From Mobula hypostoma (taxonomy: Eukaryota): DNA of 64,000 nt. The position numbers and the translations under genes are program-made. The DNA lies in assembly GCF_963921235.1 (NCBI RefSeq), contig NC_086108.1:20584001-20648000 (forward strand). Reading direction: 5' to 3'. This document shows, piece after piece, positions 12,084 through 26,171 of the stretch (the first letter of the stretch is position 1; each line of letters starts with the position of its first letter). Below the pieces are notes generated by a model. The model was not told where the DNA came from and did no database searches. It was given only the letters and a program-made list of their open reading frames with translations.

Positions 12084-14345
12084 CACAAACTGGAGAAATT
12101 CTGCAGGTGCTGCAAGTCCAAGCAACGTACACAAAATGCTGGAGGAACTCAGGAGGCCAGGTAGCATCTATGGAAAAGAGTAGTTGACATTTCAGGCCGA
12201 GACCCTTTGGCAGGACTGGAGAAGAAAATCTGAGGAGTAGGTTTAAAAGGTGGGGAGAGGGAAGCGATGGGCAGGCAACGAGATAAGGTGAGAGAGGGAA
12301 AAAGGAATGGAGAATGGGGGAAATACCAGAAGTTCGAGAAATTGATGTTCATGGCATCAGGTTGGAGGCTACCCAGGATGTTCCTCCAACCCAAGTGTGG
12401 CCTCATCACAACAGTGGAGGAGGCCATGCATAGACATATCTGAATGGGAATGGGAAGTGGAATTGAAATGGGTGGCCACTGGGAGATCCCACTTTTTCTG
12501 GTGCTCAGCGAAGCAGTCTCCTAATCTATGTCGGGTCCCACTGATAGACAGGAGGCCACACCGGGAGCATTGGACAACAGACTTTCAGGTGAAATGTCGT
12601 CTTACCTGGAAGGACTGTTTGGGGCCCTGAATGGTAGTGAGGGAGGAGGTAAGAGGCAGGTATAGTACTTGTTCCACTCTCAAGGATAAATGCCAGGAAG
12701 GAGATCAGTGGGGAGGGACGAATGGACAAGGGAGACCACTCCCCCTCCTCCACCATTCCCCCTCCTTCACCATTCCCCATCCCTTTTTCCCTCTCTCACA
12801 TTATCTTGTTGCCTTCCCATCGCCTCCATCCAGTGTTTCTCCCCCTTTTCTTTCTTCCATGGCTTTCTGTCCTCTTCTATCAGACTCCCCCTTCTCCAGC
12901 CCTGTATCTCTTTCACCAATCATCTTCCCAGCTCTTTACTTCATCCCTCCCCCTTCAGGTTTCACCTATCACCTTGTATTTCTCTCTCCCCTCCCCCCAT
13001 CTTTTAAGCCTGCTCTCTAGTCGGTTCCTCGACATGTTGGTTCAAAAAACCATCCCGCATACATTCCAAGAAATCCTCTTCCTCAGCACCTTTACCAATT
13101 TGGTTCACCCAATCTACATGTAGATTGAAGTCACCCATTATAACTGCTGTTCCTTTATTGCACACATTTCTAATTTCCTGTTTAATACCATCTCCGACCT
13201 CACTACTACTGTCAGTGCTGGGACCCCAGTTGTTTACAATATATATTAATGACTTGGATGAGGGAATTAAATGCAGCATCTCCAAGTTTGCGGATGACAC
13301 GAAGCTGGGTGGCAGTGTTAGCAGTGAGGAGGATGCTAAGAGGATGCAGGGTGACTTGGATAGGTTGGGTGAGTGGGCAAACTCATGGCAGATGCAATTT
13401 AATGTGGATAAATGTGAAGTTATCCACTTTGGTGGCAAAAATAGGAAAACAGATTATTATCTGAATGGTGGCCGATTAGGAAAAGGGGAGGTGCAACGAG
13501 ACCTGGGTGTCATTATACACCAGTCATTGAAAGTGGGCATGCAGGTACAGCAGGCGGTGAAAAAGGCGAACGGTATGCTGGCATTTATAGCGAGAGGATT
13601 CGAGTACAGGAGCAGGGAGTTACTACTGCAGTTGTACAAGGCCTTGGTGAGACCACACCTGGAGTATTGTGTGCAGTTTTGGTCCCCTAATCTGAGGAAA
13701 GACATCTTTGCCATAGAGGGAGTACAAAGAAGGTTCACCAGATTGATTCCTGGGATGGCAGGTCTTTCATATGAAGAAAGACTGGATGAACTGGGCTTGT
13801 ACTCGTTGGAATTTAGAAGATTGAGGGGGGATCTGATTGAAACGTATAAGATCCTAAAGGGATTGGACAGGCTAGATGCGGGAAGATTGTTCCCGATGTT
13901 GGGGAGGTCCAGAACGAGGGGTCACAGTTTGAGGATAGAGGGGAAGCCTTTTAGGACCGAGATTAGGAAAAACTTCTTCACACAGAGAGTGGTGAATCTG
14001 TGGAATTCTCTGCCACAGCAAACTGTTGAGGCCAGTTCATTAGCTATGTTTAAAAGGAAGTTAGATATGGCCCTTGTGGCTACAGGGGTCAGGGGGTATG
14101 GAGGGAAGGCTGGGTTCTGAGTTGGATGATCAGCCATGATCATAATAAATGGCGGTGCAGGCTCGAAGGGCCGAATGGCCTACTCCTGCACCTATTTTCT
14201 ATGTTTCTATGTTTCTATGTTTCTAAACCTTTTTCTCAGCTTTTTCTCTCCAGTCTTGCCAAAGGGTCTTGGCCCGAAACATCAACTGTACTTTTCCATA
14301 GATGCTGCCTAGCCTGCTGAGTTCCTCCAGCATTTTGTGTGTGTT
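12084..14345 (-). mobile_element. PLE with inverted terminal copy, carrying a CR1 insertion
   Basis: Minus-strand GIY-YIG remnant (12330-12640) and terminus; plus-strand copy of the terminus at ~12750-13007 and 14226-14345; flanked by AACTGAAGTAAGA(A)CAAT direct repeats. Confidence 0.85.
13008..14225 (+). mobile_element. Young CR1 LINE with 5' inversion
   Basis: 13008-13211 antisense endonuclease segment (IMGDFN); 13212-14120 open RT C-terminus; (tttctatg)n tail. Confidence 0.9.
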
Positions 14346-14449
14346 AACTGAAGTAAGAACAATGGGGTTTAGGATCACATGTACTATTAAATGACAAACA
14401 CTCAGTGGATTCCAATTTTCCCTCATCATGCATCTTCCATCTGGTATTG

Positions 14450-16335
14450 TACACCTGATGTAACTGGGTACGTGTTGGATGTTGAATGAGCATTCAAAGA
14501 CTTTGCAATAGGCACTGCATACACAACCACTGAAGTCAGGCTAAACAGCCAATAATTCATTATTTGTCTTTCTCCCTCTTAAAGAGTAGAGTGACACTTG
14601 TAATTTACCAATCCCCTGGAACTATTATTGACTCTGGTGATCCCTGGAAGATCACTATTAGTGCATCCACAATCTCTTCATACCTTTTTCAGAACCCTGT
14701 GGTATAGTCCATGTTGGCCAGGTGACTTATCCACCTTCAGACTTCTCAGCTTTCAAAGCACCTTCTCCTTAGTGACAGTGACTACACTCATTTCTGCCCC
14801 TGACACTTTCAAAGTTTTGACATGTACCCACAGTGAAGACTGACACAAAGTACTTAACCAGTTCGTCCGCCATTTCTTTGTTCCTTATTACTACTTTTTC
14901 AGTGTCATCTTCCTGTGGTCCAATGTCTTCCTTTGCTTCTCATTTACTATTTTTATATCTGAAAATACTTTTTAGTATCCTCTTTTATGTTACTAACTAG
15001 CTTATCTTATTTCTTTTCTTATTACTTTTGGTTGTCTTTTGATGTTTTTAATAAGATTCCCAATCCTCTAGCTTTCTGCTAGCTTTCACAATATTGTATG
15101 CTCCCTTTATTGCTTTTCTGCTGTCCTTGACTTCTCTTGTCAGCCACCTTCGCTTCACCTTTCTTTTTGAATGCTGCTTCTTCTCAGGTTGAAATGATCC
15201 TGCATCTTCTGAATTACTCCCAGAAACTCCTGCCATTGCTGCTCTACCATACTCCCTGCTAGAGTTCTCTTTCTGTCTACTTTAACCAGATCCTCTCTCA
15301 TGCTTCTGTAGCTACCCTTACTCAACTGTAATGCTGATACGTTTGATTTTAGCTTCTCCCTCTCAAAATTGTAGGGTGAATTCTATTACATTATAACTTG
15401 CTCCTAAGGGTTCCTTTACCTAATCAGATCTGTCTCATTGCAGAAAATTGCCTTTTCCCCAGTGGGCTCAACCACTGGGGAATGTCTTCATTCCTTCTCT
15501 AGAGATACAGTGCCAACCTAATTTTCCCAGCCTACCTTCTTATTGAAGTTCCCCATTACCATTATAACATTGTGTTTTATACAAGCCTTTTTGATTTCTG
15601 ATTGTAGTTTAATGCCACATCCTAGCTACTGCTCAGAGTTTGTATATACAAAAATTCCCATCAGGGTCTTTTTACCTTTGCAGCTTCTTAACTCTAACCA
15701 CAAGAATGCTTCATCCTACATCACTTCTTGCTAAGGATATGGTTTCATTATATATACCAAAACAGCCAACCCACCCTCTCTGTCCACCTGCTTGTCTTTT
15801 TGATAGGTTTTGTATCCTTAACTGCTTAGGTCCCGATTGTAATCTTCTTTTAGCCACATTTCTATGATGCTCACAACATTGTACCTGCCAATTTCTAACT
15901 GTGCCATAAGCTCATCTACCTTGTTTCAAATTCTGCATCTATTCAAACATAACACATTAAGACCTGTACTTACCACCTCTGTCTCAAATTTGTCTCCATG
16001 TAGCCTGAAGTTAAATTCTTACTATTTTCTAATCTTTCTGTCTTCTTTTAATTCTGGATATTTCAGTTATCTATTCTCTGCTCTTCTTCTCTCTTTAACT
16101 TTATCTATATTTTTCCAATCCGTTGAACCTAATCCCCTAATTTAGTTCAAAGCCTTATCCACAGCCCTAGTTATGTGATTCACCGGGACTCTGGTCCTAA
16201 CTTGGCTCAGGTGGAGCCTGTCACATCTTTCCTTATCTCCTCCCTCTTTGCCTATTACTGGTGTGAATGTTCCACAAATTCAAACCCACTTCTTCAACAC
16301 TAATCTTTGAACCACACATTTAACACTGTCATCTT
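14450..16335 (-). mobile_element. Old degraded CR1 (resumes ~17634-17870)
   Basis: Remnants ccaggtgacttatccacc (minus: VDKSPG) and gaagttccccattacc (VMGNF); no long ORF. Confidence 0.65.
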
Positions 16336-16349
16336 GTTGACTGTGCCAA

Positions 16350-17633
16350 TTTGCACTGAAAAGTACATTCAAATCCTGAGACTCCTCCACGATGGCATGC
16401 TTGCCACAGTCATGATCAGCAACAGTAACTGTGAGCCATTTCAAGTTAGATCAGGAGTAAAACAGGGATGTGTGATTGCTCCAACTTTGTTCACTATCTT
16501 CATTGCGACAATCATCCACGTTATCAAGGACGACCTACCCCCAGGAATTGAAATTGTCTACAGAACAGATGGCAGACTTTTCAATCTTGCCCGTCTCGTC
16601 CAAAACGAAGATATCCACGAGTTCCTTCATCGAGTTCCAATACGCAGACACTCCAACAGTGTTGCAGCTCTTTCAGAAAACCACCTACAACAGATTCTGA
16701 CTACCTTCAACCGTGCATACACGAAACTTGGACTTACCATCAATTCCAAGAAGACTCAGATCATCTATCAACCATCACCAACTGAGACAAATTGGATAGA
16801 ACCATCAATTCAAATTGGCGAAACAACCCTGGAAAACATGGACCACTTTCCATATCTTGGAAGTCACCTCTCCTCCAATGTTGACCTTAATGACAAGATC
16901 CAACATCGTCTTAAATGCACTGGAACAGCTTTTGGATGTCTCCGAACAAGAGTCTTTCATGATCGTGACATCCGAACAGACACCAAAATATTAGTGTACA
17001 AAGCAGTGGTAATCCCAACGCTCCTGTATGCATCAGAAACCTGGACAACATATTGACGACATCTGAAGGCACTTGAAAAGTTCCATCAATACTGTCTTTG
17101 AAACATCTTAAATATCAGCTGGGAAGATAGAAGAACCAATGAAGCAAAAACGACAAACATTGAAGCCTACGTCATCAAGAACCAACTAAGATAGAGTGGT
17201 CACGTTGTTCGGATGAAAGACGAACGTCTGCTGAAACAAATCTTCTACTCCCAGCTCAAAGGTGGCAAACGTAAAAGAGGCAGACAACAGAAGAGATTCA
17301 AAGATGTCTTAAAAGCTAACATGAAGAAATGTAACATCGACATCAACAATTGGGAAACTAATGCCAAGGACAGGAAACTCTGGCAAGCCATCATCCAAGA
17401 AGGAACAGCAACTTTAAAAGCCAACAGATGTGCAGAATTCCAAGAAAAGAGAAGAAAATGGAAAGAGAGGCAGCAACAACCAAAGCTCGATCTGCCTTCG
17501 GGAACTACCGGTCCTGAATGCGGAAGAACTTTCAAAGCCAAGATTGGACTCATAAGCCACTTGAGAGCCCATAAGTAGATCAACAGAACGAAGACCATCA
17601 TCCCTGACCTCGAGGGATAGCTACGACGACGAC
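16350..17633 (+). mobile_element. RTE-clade LINE 3' portion
   Basis: GVKQGCVIAPTLF, FPYLGS, LLYASETWT, C-terminal ECGRTFKAKIGLISHLRAH; (gac)n tail. Confidence 0.9.
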
Positions 17634-18039
17634 TATCCACAATTACAACAATATTTCTCTTCTTTTCCCCCTCTTGAATGGCTCCCTGAACCACGGTGCC
17701 AAGATTAGGTTGCTCATCCTTCCTGTAGCTTCCATGCTCGTTCGCACCCAGGCCAGTTGTACAGGCATCGGAACTCCTCTACCTTGACTTCTTCTCTCTG
17801 AAAGGCTCACTCCATCTATATCAATTCTGCAACACAGCAGCATGGCTCATTCCTCAAACTCCTTTTGCATGCCTTCACTCCCTTCTCATTGTTTGCTGTG
17901 ATAATTTACCATAATTTACTTCAGAAATGGTGTTAGTAGTAATGTTTTAGTATTAGTATTAGTCAAATTTCCTGCCTTTTGAACTACCAGTGAGTTGATA
18001 CATGTATTCTGTAGCACCATCTTAAACTAGAAGTTATAT

Positions 18040-19652
18040 CTGGGGTAGTCTAGGATCCAAGGGCACAGCCTCAGAATAAAGGGACATCTATTTAGAATAG
18101 AGATGAGGAGCAATTCCTTTAGCCAGAGGGTAGCGAATCTGTGGAATTCAATGCTGTGGAGGCTAAGTCATTGGGTATATTTAAAGCAGAGGTTGATAGG
18201 TTCTTGTTTAGTCTGGGTATCAAAGGTTACAGAGAGAAGGCAAGAGAAAGTGGTGGAGAGGAATAATTTGGACATGGAGGAGCAGAATTGATGGGCCAAA
18301 TGACCCAATTTCCTCCTGTGCCTTATGGTCATGGAATTAAGCAGAATCAACATGGAATTATGAAAGGAAAATTATTTTTATCTAATCTACTTTAAGAATG
18401 ACATAGAATGGATAAGGAAGAGTGGATATGGTACATTTAGATCTTTTGATCAGGTCATTTGGTCAATAAGATTAGAATACATGGAATTGGAGTAAACTGA
18501 TGTGAATTGGAAATTTGTTACAAGACAAAAAACAACTAATGAGAATGAACAAACCCTTAGGTTAGCAGGCTGTGAGTAGTGAGGTATGAAAGGGATAGGT
18601 GCTTATGGTTTATATATAACCTATATCGAGAGGTGGGATGACATTGCAAACGATCACTTTCGCTGGAGGTTGGAACTACGCAGAGGTCTAAAAAGAGGAG
18701 AAGAGAAGCTGAGGCTTGCTGCTGAAGAAAACCGTACTTGTTGGAAAAACAGCACCAAGACAACACTGGAGGACAGTGCCTTTAAGTGCAGTCGCTGCAG
18801 CCGAGACTGTCACTCCCATGTGGGCCTCTATAGCCACAACAAACGCTGCTTTACCAACACAGACTGAAGCAAGACTTTCCAGGCGCAGATCCATGGTCTC
18901 GCAAGACCATGGACGCCACCACCAAATGATTAAGCTGAACTGATGATCAAGTGTCAAAATTTCCACATTTGTTGATAAAAATTAGCTGGGATTGAGATTT
19001 GGGAGGAAGATGCTTAAAGTGGAGCTAAGTGAGTGACATAAATATGACAAATAGAAAAAAATGAAGTTATTCTTTTTGGTGCACAAAATGTAAAAACTAA
19101 TTAATTTCTAAATGGTGAAAGATTAGGGAACATTGATCTTAAAAAGAATTTGGGGTGCAAGTCATTAGAGGCTAAATTGCAGCTCTAATGAATAATTATG
19201 CTGGACTTTATTTCTAGTGGAGTCGAGTACAAATTAGTGAAAATTGCAATAATTATGTCAGGCCTTGCTGAGTTAGCACCTGGTTTACTATGTACTTTTA
19301 GACCCCTTGGTTGCATTCTTGTCATAGAAGAGATGCACTGAAGATTCACTGGTTCCAAAGAATCATCTGCTTAACTTCTCCTCATACAGTGTGTATGCTG
19401 TATGTGGGGCGGCTGAGCAGATAAAACCTCTATTTACACGGGTTGAATGAAGGGAATATATTCATCCTATTTGAAAAGTCTAGGTCTTGCGGTCAGGATC
19501 AAAACATTGGGTAGGCCATTTAGAACTGAGTGCAAGAGTAATTTCCTCAAGCAAATAATTATTGGAATCCTCTACTCTGGAGATCTGTGGAGGCATGTTA
19601 TCGAGATATTTCAAAACAGAGATCAACAGATTTTTAATATTAAGGTAATATG
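18040..19652 (+). mobile_element. Degraded CR1 fragments
   Basis: FSQRVANLWNS and decayed RT 3' region. Confidence 0.6.
18620..18922 (+). mobile_element. RTE 3' end fragment
   Basis: C-terminal FKCSRCSRDCHSHVGLYSHNKRC zinc finger. Confidence 0.75.
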
Positions 19653-19659
19653 GGCATAG

Positions 19660-20399
19660 GAAGCGCAGCAGCTACGGATAAAAGTGGAAATTGAGTGCAA
19701 TAAAGTTGGACTTCACCTAAATGCTAAAAAGACAGAGTACATGGCGTTTAACTGCGATGAAGGTACTCTCAAGACCTTAAAGAATGATACCATTAAGAAA
19801 GTCCTCGGGTCAAGAATGATGAGTTTGGAGAAGGACATAAAGATACGGAAGGCGCTGGCGTGGAGGGCTATGAACGACATGAAGGAAATCTGGAAGTCGA
19901 ACCTGACCAGAAGGCTTAAAAAGAAGATCTTCATTGCAGTCATAGGGTCTATTCTCACGTACGGATGCAAGACGTGGACACTCACCAAGACTATGCGAAA
20001 GTCTGTAGATGGTTGCTATACAGGAATGCTCCGGATGGTCTTGACATGAATTGGCAACAGCACATGACGAACATTGAGCTCTATGACGACCTACCGATGC
20101 TCACCACTAAAATCGAGGCGAAAAGACTGCAACTAGCGGGGCACTATCTACGCCACCCCGAGCTACCTGCCAGCCTAGTCATCATATGGGAGCCCAAGCA
20201 TGGGAGGATGAACCCTGGGCGCCCTCCCAAGACTATGGTCAACATGCTCCTAGAAGGCAGTGGCGCAGCTAATGTAGATGAACTGAACACACTGATGAGG
20301 GAGAGGGAGAAGTGGAGAATCCGTCATCGTGCCCAACGTCGGTCCCCTAGGCCTGAGTCGATGTAGTAGTAGTAGTAGTAGTTGTAGTAGTAGTAAGTA
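19660..20399 (+). mobile_element. RTE/RTEX-like LINE 3' fragment
   Basis: GLHLNAKKTEYM, LTYGCKTWT, RLQLAGH; (tag)n tail; 7-bp TSD GGCATAG (19653-9, 20400-6). Confidence 0.85.
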
Positions 20400-21039
20400 G
20401 GCATAGTGCAAGAAACTGATGTTGAGGGAGATCATTATTGAAAGATGATGGCACATGCTTGAAGGTCCAAACACCATTCCTATATTTATTCTTCTAAATG
20501 CACAAACATATAGCCAATGAAGTCTCTTCCAACATTATTCTGAAAGCAATGAGCAACATGAATGGACAAAGGAACAGGAAATTTAATACATAGTGTCAAG
20601 AATACAGAGTAAAATAGTTGTTCCATGAAATTACCAGAGAAATGTAAGTTTAAAGCGATTTCCTAAAAAGCTGGTCTGGCTGGATATTGAGTTAATTATC
20701 ATTTTAAGGAGCTTGAATGGTCACAGTCCTGCCCACAGCAAGCTCTACTATACAACAGAAAATCCCCGAAAAGTTTAATGATCAAATTATCTGTTAATCA
20801 TTGATATCATATGAAATTATCTTAAATATGCAAAGAGGAAAAAGAAAATACAACACTGTTAATGCCAATTGCCCAATCTTGAAATTAGGACAATTTTTGA
20901 AAACAATGATTGTTTCAAATCTGTGCTATTATATTCAGAGGTAAATTTTAAATCAACAGTCCATGCAATTCAGAAAATTTAATTTAAACTTATTTTTGTA
21001 ATGGCTGGTTTTATGTTGTCAATGCTTATCAACCATCTT

Positions 21040-21235
21040 TAAGGTCCAAGTGACCAAAGAGCAACCCTCTAATTTGCAATGTGGATTCCATTTTTAAAAA
21101 GGAAAACATGACTAGCCCTTCATTCCACACTGATACTGCTGCTGCCCAGATTGGGATCCAGCTGAATTCGGACTCAGGACCATCCACTTCGAAGTCCTGT
21201 GCTGATGCCACTACACCACTGGCTGGCCCACCCTT
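21040..21235 (-). mobile_element. tRNA-derived SINE, degraded
   Basis: Minus strand gtggtgtagtggcatc (A-box-like) ... gagtccgaattc (B-box-like). Confidence 0.5.
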
Positions 21236-22304
21236 TGGGTAGACCACTAAAAAAAACATCCTATTCTAGGCTCCATTGTGGCAAGCGATTACCAGGTGAA
21301 CAGCCACCTTCCAAAAATACTTGTTTCCCTTATCAAGTATGACAGTTTCTTTGTTTCCTTTACGGCACATTAGCCATTGCAAAATGGGAAGGGAAGCAAG
21401 CCATCTACAATCACAATGGAGTGCCTTTGAAGAAATGAGGTTACATTCAGAGATAAACTTTAAAGATGAATCTCATGTTTATCCAAACATGCTTAAAAGG
21501 CTACACTTCTTCCTAAAAGCTGGTTGTTTTCTTAAAGTTGGAGTTAGTAATTCAACTTGACTTGTAGCCTACTATGACTATATCATCTCTATAAAAAGAA
21601 ATGTTTGAAAACACAGCTGGTACCAGCAACCCTTTTTTCCTGAGTCTTATGCAAAGACCACTAGTACCATAGTCACTATAGTACCTGCTAATACTTTCTC
21701 CAAATGCTACACAAGACAGATTTGTCCTCACTAGAACCAGAGTCTAGCACAAGATTTTCATCGAACAGACACGGCCTCTTATAGGTTCAAACTAAAATAT
21801 ACTGAAAATTACAGTGATCACTGTTTTTCAGGCTTTTTGGGAATGGCCTGGGGATTTCCAGCCATGTCCCCAAAGCCTCCTGAAATAACAATGTCCTATA
21901 TCAGTAAAGAGAAACAGCACATTTTCTGCTTAGATATGGGAACATCCCTACCACAACTCTAACTGACAGGGTCAAACCCTTGTTTTCTCACTCTATTGAC
22001 TACAGGAAGCATACTTGAAATTAATTTAAAAATGTTATCTTAATTCTTGATGGAGGACAATCAACAGAACAAAACTGTCAACTTAAAAGCAACTTCAGAA
22101 GTCTCAAATGTGGCTGAAATGAGATATGATACACAACCCAGTAAAAGTTACTGTCACAGTTGAGGAAGTGCAGCCATACTTTGTGATATAGTGTCTTAGA
22201 CATATGTGCACAGTATCTGAAAGTGTGCGCAGTGCAGAGATAAGAAACTGAAGACAGTATTGTTGGAATATACACATGTAACATAAACAACTAACCAGAC
22301 GAAT

Positions 22305-23895
22305 CAGGAATCAGGTTTAATATCAGTGGCATATGTTGTGAAATTTGTTTTGCAGTAGCACACTGCAATACATAGTAATAAAAGAACTATAAAACACAGT
22401 AAGTATATATAAAAATAAATTAAATATGTAGTGCAAAAACAGAGGGGAAAATACTGGGGTAGTGTTCATTGGCTCATTGTCCGTTCAGAAATCTGATGGT
22501 AGAGGGGAAGAAGCTGTTCCTGAAGTGAATAAGTGAGAGTCTTCACGCTCCTGTAAATTCTCTTTGATGGTAGCAATGAAAAGAGGGCATTCACAGGATA
22601 ATGGGCTCCTTAGTGATGGATGCCGCCTTTTAGAGGTGTCGTGGATGCTGGGGAGGCTAGTGCTCAAGAAGAAGCTGGCTGAGCTTATAACTTTCCGCAG
22701 CTTTCTCAGATCCTGTGCAGTGGCTCCTCCATACCAGGTGGTAATGCAACCAGTTGAGCCCAGGATAGATGTTGACATGAACTTGAACTGCTCACCCTTT
22801 CACTTCTAAACCCTTGATGAGGACTGGTGTGTGTTCCCTTGATTATACTTCCTGAAGATCAATTGTTTGGTCTTACTAACAATGAGTGCAAGGTTGTTGT
22901 TGTGTCACACTTGCTCCTGTATGCCTCCTCATCACCATCTGAAATTCTGCCAACAGTTGTGACGTTGGCAAATTTATAGATGGTTTTTGAACTGTACCTA
23001 GCCACATAGTTGAGTGTAGAGAGAGTAGGGCACTGGGCCAGGTACACATCCTTGAGATGCACCAGTGTTGATTGTCAGCAAGGAGGAAATGTTATTTTGA
23101 TCCACACAGACTGTGGTCTCGCAATGAGGAAGTCAAGGATCTAGTTGCAGCAGAAGGTATAGAGCCCCAAGCTTTGGAGCTTTTTGACTAGAACAGAGGG
23201 TATGATTGTATTGAATGCTGAAATGTTGTCAATAAACTATTACTATTGTCCAGATTAACCAAGGCCGAGTGGAGAGTCGGTGTGATTGCATCCACTGTAG
23301 ACTTATTGTAGTGATAGGGAAACTGCAGCAGGTTCAGTTCCTTGCTTAGGCAGGAGTGATTTTAGCCATGATCAACCTCTCAAAGCATTTCATTACAGAA
23401 GATGTCAGTTCCACTGAGCGATAGTTGTTGAGGCAGCTTGCCCTGCACTTCTTGAGCACTGGAATAATTGTCACCCTTTTGAAGCAGGTGGGAGCCTCCA
23501 AATGTAGCAGTGAGGGATTGAAGATGTCCTGGAATACTCATGCCAGTTTGCTGGCACAGGTTTCAGAGCTCTATCCAGTACACCATCAGTGCCTGACTCC
23601 TTGCGAGTGTTACCCTCTTGAAAGATGTTCTGATGTTGGCCTTTGAGACAGAGATCACAGGTTCACCAGATGCTAGAGATTCACACAGGTATAGTTTTAT
23701 TCTTCCTTTTAAAGTGTGCATAAAAGGCATTGAGGTCATCTGAGAGTTATGTATGGCAATGATGCTTGTTAGGTTTTGCTTTGTGGGAAGTAATGACCTG
23801 CAAATCTTGGCAGAGCTGACATGCATCTGATTCTGTCTCTAACCTCAGAATTGTTTATTTCAGTGTTAAAATAGTCTTCCATAGATTATACTTTA
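22305..23895 (-). mobile_element. Old Rex1/Babar-like LINE, 3' part (5' part at 26172-27090)
   Basis: CITTWYG, YKFA, decayed RT; aatcagg-type tail. Confidence 0.75.
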
Positions 23896-26171
23896 TACTT
23901 GCCAAACAATTGATACTAGAATGCACAATCATCACAGAGATATTTGATTCTGCGCTTCCCACTCCCTGGATTACAAATATTAAATATTAAAAATATTAAA
24001 AATAGTAAAAATCAGTAAATATTGAAAATTTAAATTATAAATCATAAATAGAAAATAGAAAAATGGAAAGTAAGGTAGTGCAAAAAAACCGAAAGGCCGG
24101 TCCGGATATTTGGAGGGTACGGCCCAGATCCAGGTCAGGATCCATTCAGCAGTCTTATCACAGTTGGAAAGAAGCTGTTCCCAAATCTGGCCGTACAGGT
24201 CTTCAAGCTCCTGAGCCTTCTCCTGGAGGGAAGAGGGACGAAAAGTGTGTTGGCTGGGTGGGTCGTGTCCTTGATTATCCTGGCAGCACTGCTCCGACAG
24301 CGTGCGGTGTAAAGTGAATCCAAGGACAGAAGATTGGTTTGTGTGATGTGCTGCGCCGTGTTCACGATCTTCTGCAGCTTCTTTCTGTCTTGGACAGGAC
24401 AACTTCCATACCAGGTTGTGATGCACTCTAGAAGAATGCTTTCTATGGTGCATCTATAAAAATTAGTGAGGGTTTTAGGGGACAGGCCAAATTTCTTTAG
24501 TTTTCTCAGGAAGTAAAGGCGCTGGTAGGCCTTCTTGGCAGTGGACTCTGCTTGGCTGGACCAAGTCAGGTCATTTGTGATATTGACCCCGAGGAACTTA
24601 AAGCTTTTGACCTGTTCCACTTGTGCACCACCGATGTAAATTGGGTCGTGCGGTCCGCTACCCCTTCTGAAGTCAACAGCCAATTCCTTCGACTTGCTGA
24701 CATTGAGGGATAGGTTATTGTCTTTGCACCATGCTACCAGGTTCTTAATTTCCTCTCTGTACTCAAACTCATCATTACCCAAGATACGGCCTACAATTGT
24801 TGTGTCAACAGCAAACTTATATATTGAGTTTGATGGAAACTTGGCTACACAATCATGGGTGTACAGTGAGTACAGCAGGGGGCTGAGTACACAGCCTTGT
24901 GGGGCACCGGTGCTCAGAGTGATTGTAGAGGAGAGCTTGTCCCCTGCTTTTACAGCCTGGGTCCTGTCTGTGAGGAAGTTGAAGATCCAGCTGCAGATCT
25001 GAGTGCTAAGGCCCAGGTTCCAGAGCTTAGGAATCAGTTTATTTGGAATGATGGTATTAAAGGCAGAGCTGTAGTCAATGAAAAGGAGCCTTACGTATGC
25101 GTCTTTATTCTCCAGGTGTTATAAGGAGGAATGTAGGGCCAGAGAGATGGCATCTGCCGTTGACCTGTTGCTCCGGTAGGCAAATTGCAAAGCGTCGAGG
25201 TTGACCATTAGGCTGTGGTTGATATGTGCCATAACCAATCTCTCGAAGCACTTCATAGCAATTGATGTCAGAGCCACAGGTCGATAGTCATTCAGGCATG
25301 CCACCTTGCTCTTCTTCGGCACTGGGATTATCATTGCCTTTTTAAAACACGAGGGGATCTCAAACTGAAGCCAGGAGCAGTTGAAGATGTTAGCAAATAC
25401 TCCAGCTAGCTCGCTTGCACAGGCCCGGAGAACCCATCCTGGGACGTCATCTGGGCCCGTCTCCTTCCTTGGATTTATCTTCAGGAAGGCCCTTCTAACG
25501 TCCTCCTCGGTGACGATGAATCTCGATGCCACCAGGTCTGGTTCATCCGGAGGGAGCAGGACACTCCTCTTCTGTTTGAATCTTGTGTAGAATACGTTAA
25601 GTTCGTCAGGAAGAGAAGCGCCACAGTTATTGATATTCCCAGCCTTTTCTTTGTGCCCAGTGATCTCATTTAGACCCTGCCATAGTCTACTGGCATCCCT
25701 CTGGTTAGCCTGGGCTTCCAACTTGGCTCGATATTGCCTCTTGGCGCCCTTAATGGCTTTCCAGAGTTCACGCCTGGATTCCATGTAGCAACTGGTATCT
25801 CCAGCCCTAAAAGCCGCACCTCTAGCCTTTAAAAGGGACTTGACCTCATAATTCATCCAAGGTTTCCGGTTAGGGAATACCCGGATCGTCTTGCGAGACA
25901 CACAGTCCTCCGTGCATTTCCAAATGAAGTCCGTGACAGCTGAGGCATACTCATCGAGGTTAGCTGCCGAGTCCTTGAATACTAACCAGTCCACCGATTC
26001 AAAGCAGTCACGGAGGACCTCATCTGTTTCCTCCGTCCAACGTGACACTAGTTTTGACACCGTGACCTCCCGCTTCAATTTCTGTTTGTAAGCCGGCAGG
26101 AGGAATACGGCCTGATGGTCTGATTTTCCGAAGTGAGGTCGTGGGACGAAACGGTAGGCATCCTTGACTTG
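23896..26171 (-). mobile_element. Younger Rex1/Babar-like LINE nested in the older copy
   Basis: ORFs 25119..26174 and 24135..24782: [31 protein letters not shown]. Confidence 0.9.

Noticed and set aside
12631..13123. Overlapping Pro/Ser/Phe-rich ORFs (also 46573-46987, 51326-51749)
   Set aside because: Artefacts of pyrimidine-rich PLE terminal tracts that lack stop codons.
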